From the IMG/VR virus record IMGVR_UViG_3300030419_004471, positions 124,001-188,000 of that record: a DNA stretch of 64,000 nucleotides; one strand, 5' to 3'. Positions 46,501 to 55,964 of this stretch are shown here, piece after piece. The notes beneath the pieces are model-generated. The model saw only the letters and a list, made by a program, of their open reading frames with translations, had not been told where the DNA came from and made no database searches. A program made the translations under genes and the position numbers. Position 1 is the stretch's first letter. The number at the start of each line of letters is the position of its first letter.

Positions 46501-48525
46501 TTATGATGGTTTCTTATCACCTGATTTCAAACATTTCTGTAAAGATGGATGATAATTGTATACTGTTGATAGTTTACCTAAGATTCCTGTCTTAGAACGT
46601 TGTTTCTTTTCACCAATTGGATATCTATCACCACCTTCTGTTACTGCATATATTATTTTAGAAGCACCTGTTATTGCTGTTCCACCTCTTTGAGTCTGTT
46701 CAGATTCTTCACTTACTTCAAAGTTTTTAATCATTTGATTTTTATTTTCAAATGGTAGACAGTTTGATAATGATTTTTTATCTACTTTTACACCACCACT
46801 TTCTTGATAAAATGCGTCTTGGTCTTGGAAAACACCTTCACCACCAAACATCATACCTAAGTGAAGTTTTTCTGCAACTGATTCTGCTTCTAATACAGTA
46901 CCCATACCCATTTCTTTACCATCCACCATCACTTTAGTTTCGTTCAACTTTTTAATAGTATCTAAATCTGTACCAATTGTTGCTTTTCTAATTTTACCAA
47001 TTTCTGCACCAATTCGAGGACCACCTGTTGCATTTGATAAATCTGCTACAATTCTTTGTTCATCCTTTGTTAAATCATTTGGGTTTTTATTAGCGTAGTT
47101 TACAAATCCCTTCATAATCTGTTCATCTGTTGGTGGGGTATCCGAACCATCAGGTAAATATTCAGTTTTCTTTGAAATCTTTTTTTCCATCGCTTTCCAA
47201 TATTTTAAAGGGTCTTTTCCTTTTGATAATGTTTTTGAAAGTTCCACTAACTCACTTGTATTAACACTATCTAAATGTTTTCCAGGTCCTGAAGTTACAG
47301 TATTTAGTTTTTCTTCCAATTCTGAATATTTCTTTTCTTGGTCATCCATTATCGTTTTAGCAATCTCACCTTGTTTTTTATCTAGTGTACCCTTTGATAC
47401 TAAATTATCTACTTCTTTCTTTTTTAAAGTAAATTCTGCTTTTAATGATGATTGTGCTACTAAGGCGTTAACATTATCTTTATCAGAATAAAAAGTCATA
47501 TGTAAATCACCTGTATCTTCATTGGTAACGAATATTGCTGTATCCGATGGATTTGCTCCACCACCACCACTTTTGATTATATCAATTGCTTCTTCTTTAC
47601 TAACTTCTGTATTTCCTAAAAATACTTTACCTGTTACACCATTTACCATATTTTCTTGGGCTTTTAAACCTTTTGAATCTCCGAAAAATGGTTCTGCTTT
47701 AGCATTTGTGATATTATTTTTGCTAAGAATATTTTGTCTAACGTGGTCATTTTTACTTTGTGCTGCTCGAGTAGCGATTATTGCTTTACCAGCCTCACCT
47801 ATTGATATACCATATTTTTCTGCTATTGGGGCCGCTTCTTTTTTTGTTATACCTGTTGGTAGGTTATCACTTTTATTATCTTTTCCTAAACCACTTCCTT
47901 TTAATTGGTTACAAGTATTCTCTAAAACGGAATCATAATTAAATTCTTTTCCCGAGTTTATTGAGTCTGTTGCTCCTGTAGATGAAAATATCTCATTTAA
48001 CATTGAACCTGCTGAACCTGGCGCACCTTTTTCAAATCCCGTTTCAATAAATTTATCCATTGATGCTCTATTATCTTCTGATGAAAAAGTATCTGATTCT
48101 TCACTCGGTTTATCAGTTTTTTCTTTTTCCTTCTCTATCTTTTTCTTTATATCAGGTGCATGAGCAAAATCACCTTTACCACTTATAGCAGTTTTTGGTT
48201 TTTCTTCTGTTGATTGTGCATCTGTATCTATTGGTGTATATTTTCCACCATCATCTTTTTTAAAGGTTTGTGCATCTTTTTTATCCTTATCACCTATCTT
48301 AACATAAACACCTTTTCCTTTATGATGGTATTTCTCATCTTCCTTTTCATCTTCCTTTAATAAGTTTTTGATTAGTTCGTATTTGACATCAGTCAATCCC
48401 ATTTCAGTAAGAACCTCACTCAAAATACTAATATGAGCAGGTTTACTAAAATTAGGATATCCTTCATCTGAACGATAGGATATTTCTAATAGTATATCTT
48501 TTATAATGTCATCTTTATTCACCAC
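46501..48525 (-). CDS. large hypothetical protein, possibly head-packaged, with a PD-(D/E)xK-like core
   Basis: L-x-E leaders; NE...NPSD...YSDK; late motif at 48527-48534 (true start may be GTG 48522). Confidence 0.5.
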   Translation of the reverse strand: MVNKDDIIKDILLEISYRSDEGYPNFSKPAHISILSEVLTEMGLTDVKYELIKNLLKEDEKEDEKYHHKGKGVYVKIGDKDKKDAQTFKKDDGGKYTPIDTDAQSTEEKPKTAISGKGDFAHAPDIKKKIEKEKEKTDKPSEESDTFSSEDNRASMDKFIETGFEKGAPGSAGSMLNEIFSSTGATDSINSGKEFNYDSVLENTCNQLKGSGLGKDNKSDNLPTGITKKEAAPIAEKYGISIGEAGKAIIATRAAQSKNDHVRQNILSKNNITNAKAEPFFGDSKGLKAQENMVNGVTGKVFLGNTEVSKEEAIDIIKSGGGGANPSDTAIFVTNEDTGDLHMTFYSDKDNVNALVAQSSLKAEFTLKKKEVDNLVSKGTLDKKQGEIAKTIMDDQEKKYSELEEKLNTVTSGPGKHLDSVNTSELVELSKTLSKGKDPLKYWKAMEKKISKKTEYLPDGSDTPPTDEQIMKGFVNYANKNPNDLTKDEQRIVADLSNATGGPRIGAEIGKIRKATIGTDLDTIKKLNETKVMVDGKEMGMGTVLEAESVAEKLHLGMMFGGEGVFQDQDAFYQESGGVKVDKKSLSNCLPFENKNQMIKNFEVSEESEQTQRGGTAITGASKIIYAVTEGGDRYPIGEKKQRSKTGILGKLSTVYNYHPSLQKCLKSGDKKPS

Positions 48526-48537
48526 CTATAAATATCC

Positions 48538-49170
48538 TTATATAATAGTTTTACTTCTTCTATTAACCTGACATTGGATTTCGTAATCACTCCAATGTTT
48601 TGTTGGTACTGAATTTGGAAAGTAAAAACATTCTTTTCTACCATCTGGGAATGTTATATGTTTCCAATAACCATTTGGTACATGCCCACCAGTTGGTAAT
48701 ATTAAATGGTCTTTTTCAAAATGTAAAACAATTCTTACTTTTAAAGTACCATATTTTTTAGCCCATTCTCTTTCTTGAGCTTCCAACTCTCTCCACGCAC
48801 CTCTATTTAACTTATCAAATTGTAGAGAACAATTTAAATAAGAAAATGTAGTTTTTAAATTTTCTTTAGTGTCGGTAAAAGCAGCGGCTGGTGCCATATG
48901 ACCTTTATCCCACACATTATTTTTATAATCATCATTATCTGATGTATAAACTCCTTTAGGAACATAAAAATCCATACTACCTCTATCGAATTTTTTAACA
49001 ATATTCCTAACTTCATACTCAACCCAATTTGGTTGTTCTAATGTTTCATTGTAAGAAACTTTAAATACATCATTCTCAATTCTTACATCTGTTCTGTTTT
49101 GTCCAAAGCTACTAAGGAAAACTCCTACGCATAATAGTAGGGATAAGCTTAATTTCAATTTGTATTTCAT
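48538..49170 (-). CDS. secreted DNA/RNA non-specific endonuclease (NucA/EndA family)
   Basis: Signal peptide; DKGHMAPA; TF..N..Q..LNRGAWRELE; VP..YWK; late motif 49202-49209. Confidence 0.88.
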   Translation of the reverse strand: MKYKLKLSLSLLLCVGVFLSSFGQNRTDVRIENDVFKVSYNETLEQPNWVEYEVRNIVKKFDRGSMDFYVPKGVYTSDNDDYKNNVWDKGHMAPAAAFTDTKENLKTTFSYLNCSLQFDKLNRGAWRELEAQEREWAKKYGTLKVRIVLHFEKDHLILPTGGHVPNGYWKHITFPDGRKECFYFPNSVPTKHWSDYEIQCQVNRRSKTII

Positions 49171-49219
49171 AATCTATCTTTACTTGTAATCACTTCTAAT
49201 ATATAAATATTAGATTTAT

Positions 49220-50458
49220 CTAAATAAGTTTTATTTTTGGCTTTTCAGGTTCTTTACTATCTAATTCTTCACCATCTAATAAATGGTATAAATTTGAATG
49301 TACAAAGGGTATTGGGTCTGAATCACCTCTCGGGTTTTGCTTGGTTCTTCGTACTAATTTTTTAAGTTGTTCTATAAGTATAGGATATTTTGGATGTGTA
49401 GATACACACACATTTCTATCATTATACCATTCCTCTGTATGCACTCTCCAATCTTGAATCGCTCTAAACATTATATGATAATCTGTAAAAGAATCTTTGA
49501 ATATATCTTCTATCATATCAACGAAATCTATCATTTGTTCTACATTATGGTCTTGTACAACAAAAGAGAAGGTACAATTTAATATTGGTTCATCTATAGT
49601 AGCTATAAATTTTAAATTCTCCATTAATACATCCCATCTACCATTTAATCTTACTTTATTTTCATAAGTTTCTTTTTCTGCCGCATCTATTGATATTTCT
49701 ATACCTTCAATAATTGGATGTACATTAGATATGGAGTTCCACATCTTTTCAGTAAGCATATTACCATTTGTAACTATAAAAAGATTTTTAAGTTTTGGAT
49801 ATTTCTTTATGTCTAAATTTTGTAACCATTTTCTAAATACATTAGAATAAAATGGGTCACCACTACCTGTACATATTATTTTTTCTACTCCTTCACTAAA
49901 CTGAGTATCGAATGAATTCATTATACTTTCTGCGTTAGGATTATGAGCATTTGTATTTAAATGTATTCTACAAGATGGACATTTAAGATTACAACTAGCA
50001 TCGAAATTTAAATAAACTTGGTCTGGTAATTTTTGATGTTGAATATATTCAAATTCTTTTAAAGAATAGTTTTTTCCAGTATGAGGGTCAATGAATTTAG
50101 CCTTAAATTCCTTTTCTGGTAATGAACTATGTTCATTTACCCAAGGACACATCATAGAACAATACTTATAATCTCCTTCAGATATTGCTTCTCTTAATTT
50201 AGTATGAAATTTATTATTCCAATTTTTAGAAAGGTCATTTATATCTTCTATTTCTGATACATCGTGAGCTGATAATTGTCTAGGGAAATTTTTTTTATCC
50301 TTATGTCTTGATAATAGTTCGGCTTCAAATTCTTTTTTAAGAGTATCTTGGTCGAACCATTCTGGACAACAAGGGGATGTTGAGGTGTTAAATATCTGTA
50401 ACTCCCTGAATGGGGCTGGACATCTAAAATCTTTTAATCTTTTTAGATTCTTCTTCAT
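49220..50458 (-). CDS. radical SAM protein with N-terminal SPASM/Twitch-like Cys cluster
   Basis: CNLKCPSC, GSGDPF, TNG, SIDAA. Confidence 0.85.
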   Translation of the reverse strand: MKKNLKRLKDFRCPAPFRELQIFNTSTSPCCPEWFDQDTLKKEFEAELLSRHKDKKNFPRQLSAHDVSEIEDINDLSKNWNNKFHTKLREAISEGDYKYCSMMCPWVNEHSSLPEKEFKAKFIDPHTGKNYSLKEFEYIQHQKLPDQVYLNFDASCNLKCPSCRIHLNTNAHNPNAESIMNSFDTQFSEGVEKIICTGSGDPFYSNVFRKWLQNLDIKKYPKLKNLFIVTNGNMLTEKMWNSISNVHPIIEGIEISIDAAEKETYENKVRLNGRWDVLMENLKFIATIDEPILNCTFSFVVQDHNVEQMIDFVDMIEDIFKDSFTDYHIMFRAIQDWRVHTEEWYNDRNVCVSTHPKYPILIEQLKKLVRRTKQNPRGDSDPIPFVHSNLYHLLDGEELDSKEPEKPKIKLI

Positions 50459-50470
50459 ATACTATATATA

Positions 50471-51544
50471 TTATACCTTCGAATAATCTTTTATTACCAT
50501 CGCACCATTTATATATGTAAAATCTTCAAACATTTTTTGAAGTTCATAATTAGAAAACTTTTTATGTAATCCGTTATGACATTCATTACATAGAATTTGT
50601 ATATCATTTTCTTCTTCAAACCCCATTCTTTTATAGGTATTATGATGGGCATGATATTCCGATTCTTTTTTTGATGCATCTCCACACATCTGACACTTAC
50701 ATCCTCTTTTTTTAAGTAGATATTTTCTTTTTCTTTTCCAACAACCAGAACCTATGTAGAGAGAATGTTGATTCTCAAATTGCACTTCTGATAAATTAAA
50801 TTTTTCAGAAAAGGGATTCTTCACATCTTCCTTTAATGATAAATCACCATTTAATATTAGATATATTAAATCTCTATTTTGTCGTATTACTCTCAAAGAA
50901 CTATTATCATAAATTGGTGATAAAGCTTTCTGAATAATATTCAAATGTTTATCATTTAAAATACCACCATAGGTTATTGATGAAGAAATCATAGTTCTGG
51001 ACTGAGAGTTGATTTGTTTCCAAACTTTTTTATTTTGTTTAATTTGAATTAACATATTAATCATCTCTTCGTTAAGATAATATTTATAATTTACTTCTGT
51101 TTTTGGAATTTTTCTAACATATGGTTTTGTTTCAAGTGATGTTACTTTGGGTTTTTTAATTCTTGTTATTTTTGTGGGTTTTATTTCTTTAACTTTAGCG
51201 TAAAAGAATCGTGGATTCGATTCATCTAATATATCCATTATACCCTTTATCTTAACTGCTTTTTGAATTGGTTTAAGATGTTTTGAGTTTAGAATTCCTT
51301 TTCTTCTAATAGATTGAGTAATTAATCCTTTTGTATTTGGGTTAACTTTTTTATAATCTTTAGATTGTTTAAATAACTTTAAAAATTCTATTTGTCCAGG
51401 GTTCAATGGATACATTACCCTACCCCTCGACTTTTTCTTTTTCTTTCTTTTGGGTTTTGATTTAGTATTTTTAGTGCGTTTTTTAGAAGGTAGAGTAAGT
51501 TCTCCACTTTTATATTTTTTAAATATAATATCCATTTCACTCAT
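50471..51544 (-). CDS. HNH endonuclease with duplicated N-terminal domain
   Basis: CQMC...AHHNTY...LCNECHNGLH; two GILNxKHL repeats. Confidence 0.75.
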   Translation of the reverse strand: MSEMDIIFKKYKSGELTLPSKKRTKNTKSKPKRKKKKKSRGRVMYPLNPGQIEFLKLFKQSKDYKKVNPNTKGLITQSIRRKGILNSKHLKPIQKAVKIKGIMDILDESNPRFFYAKVKEIKPTKITRIKKPKVTSLETKPYVRKIPKTEVNYKYYLNEEMINMLIQIKQNKKVWKQINSQSRTMISSSITYGGILNDKHLNIIQKALSPIYDNSSLRVIRQNRDLIYLILNGDLSLKEDVKNPFSEKFNLSEVQFENQHSLYIGSGCWKRKRKYLLKKRGCKCQMCGDASKKESEYHAHHNTYKRMGFEEENDIQILCNECHNGLHKKFSNYELQKMFEDFTYINGAMVIKDYSKV

Positions 51545-51547
51545 ACC

Positions 51548-52825
51548 TTAAACTTTCGAATAATCTTTACCAAAGCTCATTCTAGTCGGAAATCCAAAAC
51601 TTTCAATAGTTGATTGAACATCCATTAACCATTGAACATCTTTTGGAGCTTCTTCCGCAAGTTCAAATAAGAATGAATCATATGTATATAAAATCGGTAA
51701 GGGTAAACTCTTTTCCTTCAGCTTTTTCATAACCTCAATATTAAATTCAGTTTCAGTCGCTTGAAGTAGATAATTGAAGTACTTTTGTCCAGTCGGTTGT
51801 TCTATCCAACCTATAGGTATTCTTCTACCTTTTGGGGTTTTGATATAACCATTCTTTATAGCTTCTTCTTGCATCTTTCTAATAAATCTATCAACTTTAT
51901 CAAAGAATGGGATTTTTCTATCTTCATCAGTTACACCACCATAAAGTATTTTAAATGTTCTTCCTTTTGAATCATCATAGGAACATCCATATTGGTCTGC
52001 TAACCATTGGTGAACGGATGTATCGGGTAATTTATACTTAATCATTTTAGCAATAATCCTAACGTGATATGCATCATAATCGAATTGTACAAACTTTTTA
52101 CCTTTTGGGGGAATGAATATCTCTCTACTACCATCACTTTTATTAAGAGCTGAATAATTAATACCCAAATGCCTGTTGGATGGTCTGCTTGTTATTGTAT
52201 ATGGATTGTATTCTGTAAATGTTCGAGAGAACCAAAGTGATTTCTTATTATCTGGCCATCTATCAAGAAATTTTTCCCTATCGACCTGAATCCCCTTTTG
52301 TTCGATTTCTGAAAGAATAGGTATCATAGTATCATCAATCCACGAATTTGTTGATGGAATTAGTAATTGTTGTCTTAATTCATCTAAAATATCCTTTATA
52401 ACCTCTATAAACTTCATTATAGGGATACTTTTACCTAAACTATCTCTTATACCCAAACGAGTGTAAAAGTTCGTTAAATCCTCTATTTTCTCTCCATAAG
52501 GATATAGTTTGTTATTTTCAAAGAAAAGATTTGATTGTATATCCTTAGTATTCTTTATATTTAACTTAGTTTGTAGTAGCCCTTTCTTATTCCATACCCA
52601 TTTTTCTTTTTTTGATTTTGATAAATCTATTTCTAATTTTTCACAATCATTATGATTAAATGGTAAAATAAAATGTAAATTTTCAAATGCTACATATAAA
52701 AAGGATATATCAGAAGTCATTGGATGACGCTCTAAATCCTCCCAAATAGGCATAATTAATGAAGTTTCATTATTCCAATATTCGAGAAATTGTTCTTTTT
52801 CACTATGTGACTCAACAATAATCAT
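51548..52825 (-). CDS. atypical minimal family A DNA polymerase
   Basis: TSRPS, FDYDAYH (motif A), KGRTFKILYG (motif B), NYLLQ, YTYDS (motif C). Confidence 0.78.
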   Translation of the reverse strand: MIIVESHSEKEQFLEYWNNETSLIMPIWEDLERHPMTSDISFLYVAFENLHFILPFNHNDCEKLEIDLSKSKKEKWVWNKKGLLQTKLNIKNTKDIQSNLFFENNKLYPYGEKIEDLTNFYTRLGIRDSLGKSIPIMKFIEVIKDILDELRQQLLIPSTNSWIDDTMIPILSEIEQKGIQVDREKFLDRWPDNKKSLWFSRTFTEYNPYTITSRPSNRHLGINYSALNKSDGSREIFIPPKGKKFVQFDYDAYHVRIIAKMIKYKLPDTSVHQWLADQYGCSYDDSKGRTFKILYGGVTDEDRKIPFFDKVDRFIRKMQEEAIKNGYIKTPKGRRIPIGWIEQPTGQKYFNYLLQATETEFNIEVMKKLKEKSLPLPILYTYDSFLFELAEEAPKDVQWLMDVQSTIESFGFPTRMSFGKDYSKV

Positions 52826-52829
52826 TGTA

Positions 52830-52861
52830 CAAATATACGAAAAATATTTTAATTTTCCAAA
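52830..52861 (-). promoter_or_regulatory. Bacteroidota-type early promoter, probably leaderless
   Basis: TTTGGA...CGTATATTTG ending 4 nt before ATG 52825. Confidence 0.72.
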
Positions 52862-53274
52862 TCTTTTTGAGATATTTTGATAAGTGGGAATATAATTCCA
52901 ACTGTTTTTCTCATTTTAGAATAATTGAAGAAGAATCTTATAGGATATTCTTTTAATGGTTTTACTGTTGCTATAGCAAATGGTTTAGTATCAGCGTGTC
53001 CACCAATAATAATACCCCCACCTAAACTAAATTGTTCGAAATGATATTGTGAATTAACCATAACCTTTCCTTTGTTTAGATTTTCTATTGGAGTCATATA
53101 AGCAATCCCAACTGATACTATTGTATCATACCTTTGATTTAAAGATATTCCAATCATATCGTCTCCTACATTAAGTGCTCTTCCAGTCATAACTCCTACA
53201 GTTGTTTGTGCAAATGTAGTAGTTGATAGCAATAATAATAAAATTATTGCAATTATAATTTTAAAAGTTCTCAT
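52849..53274 (-). CDS. small secreted beta-rich (OMP-like) protein
   Basis: Signal TFA|Q; alternating beta-strands. Confidence 0.5.
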   Translation of the reverse strand: MRTFKIIIAIILLLLLSTTTFAQTTVGVMTGRALNVGDDMIGISLNQRYDTIVSVGIAYMTPIENLNKGKVMVNSQYHFEQFSLGGGIIIGGHADTKPFAIATVKPLKEYPIRFFFNYSKMRKTVGIIFPLIKISQKDLEN

Positions 53275-54170
53275 TTTATAAATGGTAATATTGATAATTC
53301 TTTTGCTTTAGATTCCACCATAACATCCACATCATTACCATAAGTATTTGGTAAAGTATCAATATAATCCGAATGTGCTTGTGGTTTAAGTTTTTCGTTA
53401 CCTTCGTGTAATGATTTAGATTCTGAATAGTGAACAATTGGTTTGATACCTTTAGGCCAAGTAGATATTGCTAACTCTAAAGCTTCTTGCTCTGATAAAT
53501 CACCTGTACAAAATTTGTGGTGATGATAATCAAATACAATAGGGATACCGATTCTTTCGTGTATGTACATCAAATCTTTTACTGAGTACATAGATGCTTT
53601 ATCATCGTTTTCTACAGTCAATCTAGTCTGAACTGATTCTGGTAATCTTTCGAAGTTTTTACAAAACCTATCCATAGCGGATATCTTATCACCATAAACA
53701 CCATTACAATGAATATTGATTTTGTTATAAGGTGAACGTTCTAAACCAATCATATCGAAAACTTCGCCATGTATCCGTAAATCAGTAATAGTTTTTTCTA
53801 CAACACTTTCTCGTGGTGAAACCAATACATTGAATGGACCTGGATGTGAAGTCAAACGTAATCCGTTGTTTTTTGCATAAAACCCACAACCAGCCAATAA
53901 TGTTTTGATTCTTAGGTATTGTGGTAAATCTTCAAATTTGTATTCAGATGCCCAAGGAAAGAACTCTGATGATATTCTGAAACATTTGATTCCATTCTTT
54001 ACATTCCATCTAAGTATCCTACCTAAATCAGCTGCGTTTAACATACCCAACTCACCAGCATAATCCAAACCTCTTTCTTTAAAGGTTCTTTTTATCATAC
54101 TACGATTAGTTGTTATTTTTGGTTTTTGACTAGATAAAGTCATATTGATGCAAGCGTATCCTAAATTCAT
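53271..54170 (-). CDS. uvsE: UV-damage endonuclease
   Basis: LGYACIN, FRISS, HPG.F, ENDD, FDYHHH, HYSE, AHSD, ESKAKE. Confidence 0.95.
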   Translation of the reverse strand: MNLGYACINMTLSSQKPKITTNRSMIKRTFKERGLDYAGELGMLNAADLGRILRWNVKNGIKCFRISSEFFPWASEYKFEDLPQYLRIKTLLAGCGFYAKNNGLRLTSHPGPFNVLVSPRESVVEKTITDLRIHGEVFDMIGLERSPYNKINIHCNGVYGDKISAMDRFCKNFERLPESVQTRLTVENDDKASMYSVKDLMYIHERIGIPIVFDYHHHKFCTGDLSEQEALELAISTWPKGIKPIVHYSESKSLHEGNEKLKPQAHSDYIDTLPNTYGNDVDVMVESKAKELSILPFIK

Positions 54171-54190
54171 ATATTATTATTTGTGTTATA

Positions 54191-54222
54191 CAAATATACG
54201 AAAAATTATTGAAATATCCAAG
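54191..54222 (-). promoter_or_regulatory. Bacteroidota-type early promoter
   Basis: TTGGA...CGTATATTTG. Confidence 0.75.
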
Positions 54223-54239
54223 GAAAAAGTGAATTATTT

Positions 54240-54629
54240 TTAAAGTTTTTTAGAATATGTGTGAAGTGATTCATTTTGAATTTTAATCCAATCTTCTATA
54301 TTTACTTTAATACCCAATTCATTAGCGAATAGTAATCCTTTTTTCCAAGCGTTGATTTCGTTAATATATTGGTAGAATTTAAACTTTTTAGGTTCTTTAT
54401 CCTCATCTATAGTTTTAAAATAATTATCTTTATCAGTTTGAAGAAAATGTCCTACTTCGTGTAAAAGAGAATATAATCCGTTTTTTTCTAAATTGTGATT
54501 ATGGTGAATAAATATCTTTTTATTCTTATGCCCCATAAAAGCAGTGATTTGTCCAAGTAATACATCGATTCCAAATTTCTCCTTGAGATAATCAGAAACT
54601 TTTTTAAATTGTTTAGGGTATTTTTTCAT
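54240..54629 (-). CDS. HExxH metallopeptidase-like protein
   Basis: LLHEVGH...EINAW..G. Confidence 0.72.
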   Translation of the reverse strand: MKKYPKQFKKVSDYLKEKFGIDVLLGQITAFMGHKNKKIFIHHNHNLEKNGLYSLLHEVGHFLQTDKDNYFKTIDEDKEPKKFKFYQYINEINAWKKGLLFANELGIKVNIEDWIKIQNESLHTYSKKL

Positions 54630-55134
54630 ATTTTACTATTCGTTCACAATCCCACCTAAACCATCTTGTTACCTGTTTTTGAGATGGATAACATTCTTTG
54701 AGTATATTACCTTTTAATTTTTTTGTATCTTCATCAAGTGGTTGTTTATAACAAGTATCAAATACCCATAATTTTTCAGGGCATAACCTACTCATTACAT
54801 TATGAGTTCCAATATGTCTATAATGACCATATTCACCACCTTGATTATGTGTTACTACTTTTTCCCAATTCCTTTCGTTCAAAACTCGTTCCAAACGAGG
54901 AATCAAAATCGATTCATTATATGCTGTGGAAGATTTGTAAGGTTCTCCATCCCAATGTTCCCATTTCTCTACTCCCAACATTTCCATCGCTTTGATGAAT
55001 TCTTTATGTCTTATTAAGTGGTTTCCATAATCTAATACAACCACTTTGTATTCATTTGGATGTTTAATTAACTCTCCACCACCAAATAGTGTCTCATCAT
55101 CTGGATGAGCAACTACCATTAATTTGTTAATCAC
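54613..55134 (-). CDS. PIG-L/LmbE family deacetylase
   Basis: VAHPDDE; THN..GEYGH.RH; YPSQ. Confidence 0.85.
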   Translation of the reverse strand: MINKLMVVAHPDDETLFGGGELIKHPNEYKVVVLDYGNHLIRHKEFIKAMEMLGVEKWEHWDGEPYKSSTAYNESILIPRLERVLNERNWEKVVTHNQGGEYGHYRHIGTHNVMSRLCPEKLWVFDTCYKQPLDEDTKKLKGNILKECYPSQKQVTRWFRWDCERIVKYEKIP

Positions 55135-55137
55135 ATC

Positions 55138-55169
55138 TAAATATAGACAATTTTTAGGAAAAATCCAAG
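55138..55169 (-). promoter_or_regulatory. Bacteroidota-type early promoter variant, probably leaderless
   Basis: TTGGA...CTATATTTA just upstream of GTG 55134. Confidence 0.55.
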
Positions 55170-55175
55170 GAAAAT

Positions 55176-55931
55176 TTAAGATATTTTTGCAGAACCTACA
55201 TCAATTGGTTCTCTTTTCATATGATTTCCTTTAGCGAAGTTTGCACCTTCTTTGATATAACCAGTTAAGAATGCTCTTCTGAATCTTTTTGAAGTGTTTG
55301 GTTCTGAACCGTGTACTACATTTGAATGAAGTAATGCAACCTGTCCTTTCCTTAGATACCCATCTATATGTGGAAAATTATGGTCATCTGGTAATACACA
55401 AGGTTTTCCTCTTTCGTTCCTCCAATTCTTAGGATTTGAACCAGCTCTTTCTTCATCTACTTCTATTGGTAATCTACCTAAGTGATGAGAACCTTCCAAA
55501 TACCAAACAGAACCATTGTTAGGGTCGTGATTATCAAGTGCAATAGAAACATTAACTATTTCATTTGCATTACATTGTGTATAGAATATGTTTTGATGTT
55601 GGTCTCTTCCTAATTGACCTGGTGGTTTGAAGTATGCCCAAGTTTGTACTCCAAATATTTTAGAATTCATCAGAAACTCACACGCTTCTATAATCTTAGG
55701 ATGTTTCATTAAACCAGTTAGAACCTTTGATTCTTTGTGTGGATACATATATGGGTCATATTCTCCCCATTCACCTTCTGTATCATTTTCTTGTCTTTTA
55801 ACTCTGACTCTTTCTAATTCATCTCCTATAGCATCAGCTTCTGATTCTGTTAAGAGGTTTAAAATAGATACTCCTTTGTATCTCCAGTCAAATTGTAATT
55901 GTTGTTTTTCTAATTCGGTAAGATAACTCAT
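55176..55931 (-). CDS. phytanoyl-CoA dioxygenase (PhyH)-family 2OG-Fe(II) enzyme
   Basis: KPP, HQN (HxD variant), IALD, NG, GSH, HGS.PN.S...RR. Confidence 0.85.
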   Translation of the reverse strand: MSYLTELEKQQLQFDWRYKGVSILNLLTESEADAIGDELERVRVKRQENDTEGEWGEYDPYMYPHKESKVLTGLMKHPKIIEACEFLMNSKIFGVQTWAYFKPPGQLGRDQHQNIFYTQCNANEIVNVSIALDNHDPNNGSVWYLEGSHHLGRLPIEVDEERAGSNPKNWRNERGKPCVLPDDHNFPHIDGYLRKGQVALLHSNVVHGSEPNTSKRFRRAFLTGYIKEGANFAKGNHMKREPIDVGSAKIS

Positions 55932-55964
55932 ATAACTTTAATTTATGTTGTATATGTATATATA

